Below are positions 36,201 to 44,096 of a stretch of 48,865 bases of DNA, one piece after another. A program made the position numbers and the translations under genes. How positions within the stretch are numbered: the first letter of the stretch is position 1; every line of letters starts with the position of its first letter. The notes under the pieces are model-generated. The model did no database searches, was not told the origin of the DNA, and saw only the letters and a program-made list of their open reading frames with translations. This DNA is from a virus (lineage: Duplodnaviria > Caudoviricetes), in IMG/VR virus record IMGVR_UViG_3300048074_000018, positions 1 to 48,865 of that record; one strand, given 5' to 3'.

Positions 36201-36461
36201 ATTTTTGAGCACTTAACCGGAGAATACGCGGCGGATTACGACACTGCGGCTCGATTGTACGAACCATATCGGTTGTCAGTTCCTACATGGTCATTCATAG
36301 CCGAAAACAGACTATGGATTTATCAGATGGAATTCACTTGGCATCAGAGTTGTGTGCCAAAATTCATTATAGGTCTATGGCTTCACGGGCACGATGGAAA
36401 CGTGGTCACGGAAGCCCCGACGTACTACATCCAGCGCACGGTTACTTGCGCAGCAGCTTAG
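33216..36461 (+). CDS. GH9 (cellulase-like) protein with CelD-type Ig domain and inserted phage beta-domains
   Basis: NQVGYRP..K.A, NNRSG, HNAGDWD (DAGD-like), SGAN...TSGVG, C-terminal MEFT; two E1-FCCH-like inserts. Confidence 0.65.
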   Translation: MVAVSEVTMAAANIVRVTVLDGSIVKGPLIGPGTVETGAYGVRFSRTNPNTGQTERAYIKGRNKDYLKFDDTPPAAYLDRDAADDHTGYGFGVRTVTAVYRKTEPYDGGSGERVGALGTYTNRIVSMRHYLYLKLDANLAAGTYTIEFPAGTGLADYQFTFNDKVTRCSSIHGNQVGYRPSDVCKDAYLSVWVPGAPNEGQIEFPVATYPEFHLIDNGGKIVYTGSLTQRVSPTTVEASHAAFTATITGASNTNPVVLTVASHPFSAGNNVYISGVGGMTEINGFAYRISATTATSITLQKTDGTGWGTFTSGGTISGELNRYASTSTAPLTLVSISRADPGVVTYDGAAFIPAVGDTLMLRSVAGMTQLEGAFVRVLSVNTVSKTFTIDYDTSAYTAYSTSYLTAAIYKTHRANRAGTYVYYLDISAATNLVSGLYRYYIPGLGVSDQFRYDDAVYHDVNAITCGGIFNNRSGMALNGEFSYTRPVCFKDGVANGTALEIYYNYMPSVLASESGNGGGLASGLVFSAPGTWVSSERVPEGWGFLHHNAGDWDAHLVANMYAYYDMLDLGWDFLPANVRAVDFGTPKSSVTIGALYAGTDSLGDAVHEVLWAMEGYRQLQKITGAVGSGSSALPQTTGTAVSWVCCDNASIHAPDHPTNYAYAALAAKLAIIFAAEGLTSLATLWETSAVSAWDWAEDTRTILTGHVVTLTGGSGTYSNGETITGGTSGTVATVWASGTTSIEIADASGAFTVGETITGGTSGAARTYSSIATNVDFDPNYYYESELGVKTKAAWSTATFYTNLRLLRSLATTHRPAAAGVLWRLTGNTAYRDIVEAAISPGAASGFHQRVAAWEHYQQNPSPSARYYSDLTSAFPNQIADFSQATVAYRHNGTKGVNGTVGLFDQWQHLLRQFIITGSTDVLETLQAANNVISGANQYEHHLTSGVGVRRVEEFLHEDTKSSGQPIPPGYQLYAWQPGFFASALNFTSEAPINYIFEHLTGEYAADYDTAARLYEPYRLSVPTWSFIAENRLWIYQMEFTWHQSCVPKFIIGLWLHGHDGNVVTEAPTYYIQRTVTCAAA

Positions 36462-36526
36462 ATGGGTAGGACCGCGCAAAGATGTAGATCGGAATGTCTT
36501 TCCGAACCCCTTAATCAGGAAAATCC

Positions 36527-36871
36527 ATGCGCTTCATTCTCTGGACCGCCCTAGCGGTGGCCCTGTCCTATGCGGCTATCCATACGGCACGGAACGCTAT
36601 TGCTCATCCTGAGAACGCATGGCTCCGCACATGGATTTCGGCAAGTTGCTGTGTGACCAATGATTGCTGTTACGATATTCAAGCAGCCGACATTCGCGAC
36701 CTCGGTAACGATTATTACCAGATCGTCGCAAGCGGGCAGGTGTTGAAGCGTACAGGCTGGAGCCCAGACGGGCAGTACTGGCGTTGTGCTTGCGACTCGA
36801 TTGACGGGAAGTGGACTGTTTTTGACAAAGCATTCACGCGCTGTTTATTCGTGCCACAACCTAGCAGCTAG
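36527..36871 (+). CDS. Exported Cys-rich small protein
   Basis: N-terminal signal-like segment; SCC..DCC, CAC, RCLFVP. Confidence 0.7.
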   Translation: MRFILWTALAVALSYAAIHTARNAIAHPENAWLRTWISASCCVTNDCCYDIQAADIRDLGNDYYQIVASGQVLKRTGWSPDGQYWRCACDSIDGKWTVFDKAFTRCLFVPQPSS

Positions 36872-36880
36872 GAGTGTCAA

Positions 36881-36991
36881 ATGGAAAAGATTAAAGCCGT
36901 TATTGAATTTATGGAGGTCAAGATCGAGCAGCACCCGCGCGCTGCCTTGATCACCATTGTCGTGCTGGCCGCAGTCGCCTTGGTGTTCTAA
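36881..36991 (+). CDS. 36-aa membrane peptide MEKIKAVIEFMEVKIEQHPRAALITIVVLAAVALVF
   Basis: GGAG RBS; TAATG overlap with endolysin start; C-terminal TM. Confidence 0.6.
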   Translation: MEKIKAVIEFMEVKIEQHPRAALITIVVLAAVALVF

Positions 36992-37668
36992 TGGCCGCCG
37001 CCAATTTCGAGCAAGCGCTGCGGCTCGTTTTGAAGCATGAGGGGGGCTATGTAAACCATCCGGCCGACCCTGGTGGCGCGACAAACTACGGCATCACGCT
37101 TGCCGTTTATCGCCAGCATATCAATCCGAACGCCACGGCCGATGATGTTCGACGTATGAACATTGAACATGCCAAGGCGATCTACCGGAAATCATACTGG
37201 AATGCGCTCGGCTGCGATCAATTACCGGGCGGTGTGGACTATGCCATTTTTGATTATGGCGTGAACTCCGGAACGGGGCGGGCCTTGCGTGTCCTGCGCG
37301 CCATTAATGAGAGGGGCGGCAGTCCATCGCAGAAAATCAATGCGATCTGTAACGAGCGCATGGCGTTCCTGAAGCGCTTGGGGACCTGGCCTACGTTCGG
37401 CAAGGGTTGGACGCGGCGCGTTTCCGAGGTCCGCAAGGCCGCGCTGCAAATGGTCCAAACTGATCGCGTTGACGAAGTTGTAGTGCCGAAGGAAAAGACG
37501 CCGGCAAAGTCCAAGACGATATGGGCGGCCATTGCTTCGTTCGCCGGGACCATTCTAACGGCGCTCGCGGATGCTGATTGGAAGGTGTTGGCCGTTTTGA
37601 TTGTCGGCGCGCTCATCGCCTTTATCATTGTTGATCGCATCCTGAAAATCAGGAACTACGGGCTATGA
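36991..37668 (+). CDS. GH108 endolysin with C-terminal hydrophobic (TM) tail
   Basis: HEGGYVNHPADPGGATNYGIT, FDYGVNSG, FGKGWTRRV; SKTIWA followed by two hydrophobic segments. Confidence 0.92.
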   Translation: MAAANFEQALRLVLKHEGGYVNHPADPGGATNYGITLAVYRQHINPNATADDVRRMNIEHAKAIYRKSYWNALGCDQLPGGVDYAIFDYGVNSGTGRALRVLRAINERGGSPSQKINAICNERMAFLKRLGTWPTFGKGWTRRVSEVRKAALQMVQTDRVDEVVVPKEKTPAKSKTIWAAIASFAGTILTALADADWKVLAVLIVGALIAFIIVDRILKIRNYGL

Positions 37669-38042
37669 TTTCATGGCTTCTCGGCATCGCCCAATACATT
37701 CCAATCATCGGAAAACTGATTGACAGCGCAACCGCGTACTTTTCCAAAAAGCTCGATACCGATCTCGAAAAGTACAAGGTGGACGGCAAGATTGATGAAG
37801 TGCGCATTCAAGCCGCGCTGATCCTTCTCGGCAAGATGCAGGACAGCCGTGGCGGGCGGTTCATGCACTACGTCTTCGTATATCCGCTGGCCTTTTGGTG
37901 GGTGGCGCTGATCGTCGATTCGGTCGGGCAGCGATATTTCAAATGGGACTATGATGTTCTTGCACTACCAGAACCTGCGCAGACATGGGCAGGTTGGATG
38001 ATTGCGTTCTTGTTCTTGGTTGCCGTCGCGAGGGGGAAATGA
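37665..38042 (+). CDS. Holin-like membrane protein
   Basis: Several hydrophobic segments, ATGA-coupled to endolysin. Confidence 0.65.
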   Translation: MISWLLGIAQYIPIIGKLIDSATAYFSKKLDTDLEKYKVDGKIDEVRIQAALILLGKMQDSRGGRFMHYVFVYPLAFWWVALIVDSVGQRYFKWDYDVLALPEPAQTWAGWMIAFLFLVAVARGK

Positions 38043-38308
38043 TGACCGACCATGATCCAGCGTCCATGTCTTGGCATTTAGATAAGCGCGTACCGATAGC
38101 TCTTATCGTTACGATTGTTCTTCAGACGGTCGGCGCGGTTTGGTTCGCGTCGGCGCTGTATGCTCGTGTTGAATTTTTGGAGCAACGTGTAATCGCATCG
38201 GCTCCCCATTCTGATCGGTTAACGCGCGTAGAGGTCCGGATCGAAAATATTGCCGAAAGCATCGGTCGGATTGAGCATCTTATTCGGCAGACCCCACAGC
38301 GACCATGA
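38039..38308 (+). CDS. Single-TM coiled-coil lysis-region protein
   Basis: WHLDKRVPIALIVTIVLQ...RLTRVEVRIE. Confidence 0.7.
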   Translation: MMTDHDPASMSWHLDKRVPIALIVTIVLQTVGAVWFASALYARVEFLEQRVIASAPHSDRLTRVEVRIENIAESIGRIEHLIRQTPQRP

Positions 38309-38469
38309 CAGCACTGGCGATACGGCTCCTGTTAGCTATCGCCTATCTCACAGCTTTCCTTACCTACTTCACTCCCGCCCCTCTCAAAGAAATTCAGCAG
38401 TTTTGTAACGACGAAGAACGCGGGTTCTATCTCCCGTGTGAATGGGTGTTTCTGGAACGGGCTGCATAG
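38305..38469 (+). CDS. 54-aa membrane/exported peptide with two Cys
   Basis: ATGA coupling; MTALAIRLLLAIAYLTAFLTYF hydrophobic N-terminus. Confidence 0.5.
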   Translation: MTALAIRLLLAIAYLTAFLTYFTPAPLKEIQQFCNDEERGFYLPCEWVFLERAA

Positions 38470-38505
38470 GGGATTGATCTGCCGACACCCCCGACATCGG
38501 ACGAA

Positions 38506-39606
38506 GTGCTACTTGAAGCCCTCGCCGCATACCGAGAGCATGGCAACAATACCGCGTCCGCAGCCCGTGCCATGGGCATCCCCCGCCCGACCCTTCAGCA
38601 CAGGCTAGAGCGGGCCGCACAGCGCGGTTTAGATGGATCGGTCCCCAAGCCGCTCCCGCCAGGACAACGCATCCACGGCACGTCTACGCTCTATGACGCG
38701 AATGGCGATGTGACCCTACAATGGGTCAAGACTGTTACCGAGCGCGGGACCGAGGATGTAATAGAGGCTATCAAAGCAGCATTCGAGGAATATCGGGGGT
38801 ATGCCGAACTTCCTGGCCCTCCAACGGTCACAGACGCCGATCTGGTCACATTCTATAACATCGCCGACCATCACCTAGGGCTTTACGCCTGGGCGCAAGA
38901 AGCTGGCGCGGATTACGATCTGGCGACCGGAGAAGCGCTGCTAAAATCATCAGTCCGCGACCTGATTTCTACTGCCCCAAAATCAGATTGCGCTGTGATT
39001 TTGAATTTAGGCGATTTTTTCCACGCCGACGACACACGAAATCAGACTGCACGTAGCGGGAATGCTCTCGACGTAGATACCCGCTATGCCAAGGTACTAC
39101 AGATCGGCATAGAACTTATGATGCACTGCATTGACTTAACATTGCAGAAACATCAGAACGTCCTTGTAAGGTGCCTTCAGGGTAATCATGACCCTCATAC
39201 AGCCCTTGCGCTCGGATATGCTCTTAAAGCTTTTTACGCGGCGAATGAGCGCGTGACGATTGACTGTGATCCGTCCCGGTTTTTCAAGTTCCGCTTCGGC
39301 CGAGTACTTATCGGGGCCACCCACGGCGATCTGCTAAAGCCCATCGATATGCCTGGATTCATGGCCTCTCAATGGCCACAGGATTGGGGCGAGACGCAAT
39401 TCCGATATGCATACCTCGGCCACGTCCATCACGCCAGCAAGGGCGGCGGGGAAAAGAACGGTGTAATATGGGAAACATTCCAAAGCTTAGCAGCGAAGGA
39501 CGCATGGCATGCCGGCATGGGTTACACGTCCGGCCGCTCTATGTCGGCAATTACGCATCATCGCGAACGTGGCGAGGTTTTTAGGCACACCGTTTCTGTG
39601 AGGTAG
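38506..39606 (+). CDS. HTH + calcineurin-like metallophosphoesterase
   Basis: N-terminal ASAARAMGIPRPTLQHRL; DHH, GDFFH, GNHD, HGD, GHVHH; possible CTG start at 38479. Confidence 0.85.
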   Translation: MLLEALAAYREHGNNTASAARAMGIPRPTLQHRLERAAQRGLDGSVPKPLPPGQRIHGTSTLYDANGDVTLQWVKTVTERGTEDVIEAIKAAFEEYRGYAELPGPPTVTDADLVTFYNIADHHLGLYAWAQEAGADYDLATGEALLKSSVRDLISTAPKSDCAVILNLGDFFHADDTRNQTARSGNALDVDTRYAKVLQIGIELMMHCIDLTLQKHQNVLVRCLQGNHDPHTALALGYALKAFYAANERVTIDCDPSRFFKFRFGRVLIGATHGDLLKPIDMPGFMASQWPQDWGETQFRYAYLGHVHHASKGGGEKNGVIWETFQSLAAKDAWHAGMGYTSGRSMSAITHHRERGEVFRHTVSVR

Positions 39607-39609
39607 GGC

Positions 39610-39840
39610 ATGGATGAAGAATTATACGATTCTGATTGGGCCTATTGCCTTGGCGTCGGTTCAGCTCATGATGTTAGCAATAAGAAATCAACCAAGCCCA
39701 AAAACCCCATTGGATTTATGATATTTCCAGAGGCTAAAAATGAGCGTACCAAGAAAGGTAATAGCCCTCGGGGTCGAAACAAGCGCAAGCGGGTACGTCC
39801 TCCGCCCAAAGGGGCTAGGGCAAGAAATGGACGCTCTTGA
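39610..39840 (+). CDS. Hypothetical protein
   Basis: GAGG RBS; overlaps next ORF. Confidence 0.45.
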   Translation: MDEELYDSDWAYCLGVGSAHDVSNKKSTKPKNPIGFMIFPEAKNERTKKGNSPRGRNKRKRVRPPPKGARARNGRS

Positions 39841-39991
39841 GATAGGCCACGATCAAGCTCGGCTCTTGTGGATTAGTCTTGCCTCGGCATTTAAGAATTG
39901 CACTCCGGAGGTCCTAGGTGCAGAGATAGCCGGACTAATGACGATTGATCCGCCTAGTGAGTGTGAACCTACGGAGCAACCCTTTGGCTGA
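39740..39991 (+). CDS. Hypothetical protein
   Basis: GAGG RBS upstream of ATG. Confidence 0.55.
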   Translation: MSVPRKVIALGVETSASGYVLRPKGLGQEMDALEIGHDQARLLWISLASAFKNCTPEVLGAEIAGLMTIDPPSECEPTEQPFG

Positions 39992-40166
39992 ACCAGAAGA
40001 ACCGCGTCTCTGTTATTTGCGCGGAAATCCAATGTTTGAGGTAGCAGAGCTTGTTGTAGGGCAGGGGGATCACACGGCTAAGGTCTACACGCTAACCAAA
40101 GAACATCTTCGTAATTTGTGCGCCGATGCGCCACGGTTCTATGCGCTGTGGGGTAGTTGGAAATAG
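39984..40166 (+). CDS. Hypothetical protein, last gene of rightward unit
   Basis: GGAG RBS with TTG start; converges with the leftward array. Confidence 0.5.
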   Translation: MAEPEEPRLCYLRGNPMFEVAELVVGQGDHTAKVYTLTKEHLRNLCADAPRFYALWGSWK

Positions 40167-40170
40167 TTAA

Positions 40171-40401
40171 CTAAACGATTAGGCCATGTTTTAGCGCAAG
40201 TTTTAGATGTTTCTCTTGTGTCGGCGAGTCCGTCGTCCGTTCCCCATTAGCGCGTTTGGCGATGTGTCTAATGCGCCGTGCCATTGCCGTCCATGCGCGC
40301 TCCTCTCCGCTCGGTCTGCTTTCGTTATTGATTTTCCTCGCCTCTAATGCGCATTCGTCGCAATCTCGCGCTAACTCCAGCAATTCGTGCCTAATGTTCA
40401 T
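40171..40401 (-). CDS. Hypothetical protein (MNIRHELL...)
   Basis: GAGGAG RBS. Confidence 0.6.
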   Translation of the reverse strand: MNIRHELLELARDCDECALEARKINNESRPSGEERAWTAMARRIRHIAKRANGERTTDSPTQEKHLKLALKHGLIV

Positions 40402-40412
40402 TCGCGCGCTCC

Positions 40413-40625
40413 TCACGGCCGCTCGTCTGCCCACGCAACGAACTTGCGGCCAAGCTGTTCGTCGGTGAAGTCTCGAAATATGATTTCTGCCATATTTTTC
40501 GAGAGCGGATAAGATTCTCCAGCGATGTCGGCAGCGAAGCTACCGACAATTAAATTTCCATCGTCCGCGCCTCGAATAGACATGCCGATGTCTATGGCCT
40601 GTTTGACCGTTAAACTATCTGACAT
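40413..40625 (-). CDS. Hypothetical protein (MSDSLTV...)
   Basis: AGGAGG RBS. Confidence 0.65.
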   Translation of the reverse strand: MSDSLTVKQAIDIGMSIRGADDGNLIVGSFAADIAGESYPLSKNMAEIIFRDFTDEQLGRKFVAWADERP

Positions 40626-40693
40626 TTGCATCCTCCTGTTGACCACCATATGATTGTTCGAGGTTCGTTCATCTCATTTCCTGCCTCAGAGTG

Positions 40694-40864
40694 TTACTGC
40701 GCCAACTGTTCCATCCGCTCGGGATGGTCAACTATGTAGTCGTATAGAACATGTGGGCGTTGGTCGGATTTTGCAAATGCATCTGCTTTTTCTTGCGTTG
40801 AGAATATGTGGACGCAACAACCTTGATCGTCGTCATCAATGCACATGACGCAAAATACCTGCAT
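40694..40864 (-). CDS. 56-aa hypothetical protein (MQVFCVMCIDDDDQGCCVHIFSTQEKA...)
   Basis: AGGAGG RBS; below ORF-track cutoff; fills the gap between junction motifs. Confidence 0.65.
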   Translation of the reverse strand: MQVFCVMCIDDDDQGCCVHIFSTQEKADAFAKSDQRPHVLYDYIVDHPERMEQLAQ

Positions 40865-40907
40865 AACATTTCCTCCTGTTCAATGCGCTTTCGACGCAAA
40901 AACGGGA

Positions 40908-41108
40908 TCAATACTCTCGGACTTGTTCATCCGGATCAAATCCAAACCGTCTGCACAGATCGGCTGAGAATGTCGATCCAAGAGCGAATATCCTGGACAC
41001 AACAGACCATAACGGGACGCGCTTCCGTTTCCGTCCACGCCGGCACTCGCATAAGGCGCGATAGATAAGCGCATTGTCGGGGATGTCGAGAACGCTGTCG
41101 GTCATCAC
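40908..41108 (-). CDS. Hypothetical protein
   Basis: WSVVSRIFALGST.S..LCRRFGFDPDE. Confidence 0.65.
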   Translation of the reverse strand: MMTDSVLDIPDNALIYRALCECRRGRKRKRVPLWSVVSRIFALGSTFSADLCRRFGFDPDEQVREY

Positions 41109-41308
41109 CTTTGTTCCCCATTAGCGTGCTTCCGGCGGTCTTCCTCGAACTGCTCTTTAGTGAAAGCTCCAAACTCAATCCCGTGCGGATAGCAGAGGCT
41201 CAAGCTCATGCCGAAGCAGATGCCGTTCTGGCATCCATTAATCTCGCAACGGGGCCATTCAAGCGTGGTCCCGTCCTCTAGTTCGAACTCTTGAATACCG
41301 CGCCTCAT
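41105..41308 (-). CDS. Small Cys/His-rich protein
   Basis: CEINGCQNGIC...CYPH. Confidence 0.6.
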   Translation of the reverse strand: MRRGIQEFELEDGTTLEWPRCEINGCQNGICFGMSLSLCYPHGIEFGAFTKEQFEEDRRKHANGEQR

Positions 41309-41324
41309 TTCCGGCCCCAGAATG

Positions 41325-41600
41325 TTACGTGGACGCTAGGTCGAGGCCGAACATAGCCGCGATCTTTGCCGCCACATCGGGGCGACTCTGCATATTGATC
41401 CAATCGGCGGCGCTGTCCCACGAACGTGGTTCTGCCATTGTATATCCGTACCGGCTGCAATGACAACCCGGATCGAAATAGAGTTGATCGCCCTCGATGA
41501 CATAGCGGGTCATGTACCCGCACCCGGCACAGTCGTGATGATCGACTTGCTTGATGCCAGCCTTTAGAACTGCGGCCTTCACCTGTTCTCCTGTCACCAT
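41325..41600 (-). CDS. Small zinc-binding-like protein
   Basis: CAGCG...GCHC; GGAG RBS. Confidence 0.65.
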   Translation of the reverse strand: MVTGEQVKAAVLKAGIKQVDHHDCAGCGYMTRYVIEGDQLYFDPGCHCSRYGYTMAEPRSWDSAADWINMQSRPDVAAKIAAMFGLDLAST

Positions 41601-41622
41601 CGTCCATCTCCCTGTTGCATGA

Positions 41623-41805
41623 TCAATGCGTCAATCGGAATAGCTCGGCCTCTGCTGCCATCGCTCGCTTAAACTGTTTCTCTGCAAGGTCGAAGGCTTC
41701 GCGGTACAGATGAATGTAGCTTATTGGCTGCTGGGCCGCGCGTAATTCCAAGTCTTTGAGTTTGGCAGCAATGGCTTCGTTCGTAGCTTTATCGTTCAGC
41801 ATCAC
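41623..41805 (-). CDS. Hypothetical helical protein
   Basis: Fits between junction motifs. Confidence 0.55.
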   Translation of the reverse strand: MMLNDKATNEAIAAKLKDLELRAAQQPISYIHLYREAFDLAEKQFKRAMAAEAELFRLTH

Positions 41806-41814
41806 ACTTTCGCC

Positions 41815-41988
41815 TTATATGCGCCGGTAGTTGAAGCCGCGCCCGTTGCAGCGGGGGCAGCGCTCATAGTCCGTCCAGGTCGCGCCTGGGGGCCCGCACT
41901 CAAATCCCCTCATGCCAGTGCCGTCGCAGCCAGCGCAGGTCACGCGCACCGAAGCGGGTTCGTCTGAGGTCTGGTCGCTGATGGCCAT
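41815..41988 (-). CDS. 57-aa DnaJ-type zinc-finger microprotein
   Basis: CAGCDGTG and CPRCNGRG (two CxxCxGxG repeats); below ORF-track cutoff. Confidence 0.65.
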   Translation of the reverse strand: MAISDQTSDEPASVRVTCAGCDGTGMRGFECGPPGATWTDYERCPRCNGRGFNYRRI

Positions 41989-42013
41989 CGGTGGTTCCTA
42001 TCTCGCTCTGCGC

Positions 42014-42247
42014 TTACGAATGCTCTGCGGACAACAACTTGGCGGCTTCCTGCGCACGCTTTAGGTCTTCCGCGAAAACTTCAACATCACTGACTCGAAG
42101 AAGTAGGGAGTTGCCCTCATGTTGTGGCCGAATCATCACGTACCCTGGTTCGCATTGAAGAGTCCAAGAACGGATTGACTGGCCGCTTGCATCATTGTCG
42201 TCGCGAAGTATGCGATCAATCGTGATCCTGGCTGACATGCAATTCAT
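42014..42247 (-). CDS. Hypothetical protein
   Basis: Flanked by 17-bp direct repeats. Confidence 0.6.
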   Translation of the reverse strand: MNCMSARITIDRILRDDNDASGQSIRSWTLQCEPGYVMIRPQHEGNSLLLRVSDVEVFAEDLKRAQEAAKLLSAEHS

Positions 42248-42259
42248 CTCCCTCTGCGC

Positions 42260-42487
42260 TTATGTGTGAGGCATGGACAATAGTTTGCGCTCCTCAAGCC
42301 GCACCAAGGTGCGAGCTTGTTCCGCAAGGCCACGGTAGCGGGCGGCTTCGTCTCTAAGTCCATCAGCCTTACGTTCGAGGTATTGAGCCATATCGTCCAA
42401 CATTTCGGCCCGAAACGCCCAATCAGCTTTCGTGATCGCAGCACTTTCTTCTGCGTCTCTCCATAGCTCTCTAACGTAACCTACCAT
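42260..42487 (-). CDS. Hypothetical coiled-coil protein
   Basis: AGGAGG RBS. Confidence 0.65.
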   Translation of the reverse strand: MVGYVRELWRDAEESAAITKADWAFRAEMLDDMAQYLERKADGLRDEAARYRGLAEQARTLVRLEERKLLSMPHT

Positions 42488-42523
42488 CCTGTCCTCCTAT
42501 CGCATTGTCTGACGCAGAGCGCG

Positions 42524-42931
42524 TTACGCGGTCTTTTGCCCAAGCGGGACCACATTTGGGTGTTTCGATTTCATGTGGCGCTGGACGTTTACGAAGGTGC
42601 GATTGCAGCACGGACATACTCCAGCCGCCGCGCGCCGCCGTATCTGAATAACGCGCTTTTCCGCTTCATCGGCACGTTTTTTCTCTGCCGCTATTTCATC
42701 GGCTAGGCGAGCCGCGTCTTGTTTTAGACGATCACGCTCTTGACGAATGAGGTCCCGTTCACGCTCCTCCTCCCCCTTGCGATATCCTCTCTCGTGTCCG
42801 TTTGGACAGTGCCAAAATCCACCCTCGCGCCGACAATTATTGTAGACGACCTCGGGAATTGTGTGCCACACGGCGCAACTCCCGCATTGGTTCACGATAT
42901 GACGCTCCCCTTTAATTAGGATCGTTTCCAT
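42524..42931 (-). CDS. Zinc-finger / coiled-coil protein
   Basis: CGSC, CPNGH, coiled coil, C2H2-like CPCCNRTF..VQRHMKSKH. Confidence 0.75.
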   Translation of the reverse strand: METILIKGERHIVNQCGSCAVWHTIPEVVYNNCRREGGFWHCPNGHERGYRKGEEERERDLIRQERDRLKQDAARLADEIAAEKKRADEAEKRVIQIRRRAAAGVCPCCNRTFVNVQRHMKSKHPNVVPLGQKTA

Positions 42932-42960
42932 CTTCCTCTCCTTGCTGTTCCATGCCGCCG

Positions 42961-43152
42961 TTAACGTGCTTCGCTCAACCGTTGCAGGCTCTCGCCGATG
43001 ATGGCGCGCAGGGCCGCGCTCTGAGGGTTACGGCTCAGGACGCAAAGCTGCTGCCGAACCATCAGCGCCAGCTTGCGAATGTGCTCAGGCTTGCCCTTCG
43101 CCCAATCGCGGAGTCGACGGCGACCGTCGATTGCTGCTGTTCGGTCGTTCAT
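42961..43152 (-). CDS. Hypothetical protein
   Basis: AAGG RBS within junction motif. Confidence 0.55.
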   Translation of the reverse strand: MNDRTAAIDGRRRLRDWAKGKPEHIRKLALMVRQQLCVLSRNPQSAALRAIIGESLQRLSEAR

Positions 43153-43164
43153 GGCTGGCCTTTG

Positions 43165-43353
43165 TTACTGTAGAGTGAGATCATCACGCATCTTGTCGTA
43201 TTCGTAGTCAGGATCGCGCCACGCGCGCCCGCATTCTCCGGTGCAGCGGTCGGGTTGCCAGCCGGCGCGACACTCGCGGGGATGGACGCCGCAAAACTCG
43301 CAACGGTCATCGTCGGGGTTGTGGGTTTTCCAGTCGTCGTAGCCGGGGAGCAT
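43165..43353 (-). CDS. Small Cys-rich protein (MLPGYDDWKT...)
   Basis: CEFCG...C...CTGEC; RDPDYEYD. Confidence 0.65.
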   Translation of the reverse strand: MLPGYDDWKTHNPDDDRCEFCGVHPRECRAGWQPDRCTGECGRAWRDPDYEYDKMRDDLTLQ

Positions 43354-43354
43354 G

Positions 43355-43630
43355 TCAGTCGTACCCCCACGACTTGGCGATCCGGACGAACTCCGCATAG
43401 CCGGGTTCGCCGGGACGGCCGGAAAGCTGGGAAATCGGTGTGCCGAGCGGCTTGCCTGGATCGCGCGGCGCTGGGCCGATCGCCACGTCGTCGTCATGGC
43501 CTCGATCAACCTCGCCTTCGCCGATGGCGAGGTCGCAGGCATCGCAGAACCAGCCGCCGACGATGCCGCAGGACCAATCGTCAGGCTCGTAGGTCTCGCT
43601 GATATCGGCGTCGCATTTCGGGCAGTTCAT
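43355..43630 (-). CDS. Small zinc-ribbon protein
   Basis: CPKC...CDAC; GGAGG RBS. Confidence 0.65.
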   Translation of the reverse strand: MNCPKCDADISETYEPDDWSCGIVGGWFCDACDLAIGEGEVDRGHDDDVAIGPAPRDPGKPLGTPISQLSGRPGEPGYAEFVRIAKSWGYD

Positions 43631-43800
43631 GATTGGACCTCCAGATCATGGCGTCTTACTTCAAGACTTGAGTTGGCTTCGTCGCGGAGAACTTCGCTGA
43701 TAAGATCGGAGCGCATCCCGTCGCGAAGAGCCTGATCGACGATTTCGCCGATGGCGTCCTGAAACTTGATGGCCTGTCGGCGTTCGTCCTTTGTCAGCAT
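43627..43800 (-). CDS. 57-aa hypothetical protein (MLTKDERRQAIKF...)
   Basis: GAGGA RBS; ATGA overlap with next gene. Confidence 0.6.
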   Translation of the reverse strand: MLTKDERRQAIKFQDAIGEIVDQALRDGMRSDLISEVLRDEANSSLEVRRHDLEVQS

Positions 43801-43828
43801 CGCTTAATCCTCTCGTTGTCTATGGGAG

Positions 43829-44020
43829 TCATGCCAAGTGCTCCGCACCCGTGCAGTCGCAGTCCAGCACGCGCATGCCTTGCGACCGCAGCGACGGCTT
43901 GCGATCTTCAACCGTGCAGTGGCCATCCGGCCATTGAACGGCGAATGCGTAACCCTGGTTATTGAGGCGAGACCGCGCCTTGGCGGCTATGATTGTCTCG
44001 TACCAAGCTGCGTCGTTCAT
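43829..44020 (-). CDS. Hypothetical protein divergent from the RHH gene
   Basis: GGAG RBS; MNDAAW start. Confidence 0.65.
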   Translation of the reverse strand: MNDAAWYETIIAAKARSRLNNQGYAFAVQWPDGHCTVEDRKPSLRSQGMRVLDCDCTGAEHLA

Positions 44021-44031
44021 GTCCGTCTCCC

Positions 44032-44087
44032 TTGACTGTGAAGACAATATCTCATATGATTTATCCGTCGTCAATACCTCATATGAG
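44032..44087. promoter_or_regulatory. Overlapping divergent sigma70 promoters with two CTCATATGA(G/T) operators
   Basis: + strand TTGACT(44032)-N17-TATGAT(44055); - strand TTGACG(44074)-N17-GATATT; palindromes at 44051-60 and 44078-87. Confidence 0.75.
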
Positions 44088-44096
44088 AAAAAAGAC

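Noticed and set aside
43340-43830. Junction motif at 43354, 43627 and 43805
   Set aside because: No match at 11-nt spacing, so not counted; the motif is not present at every junction
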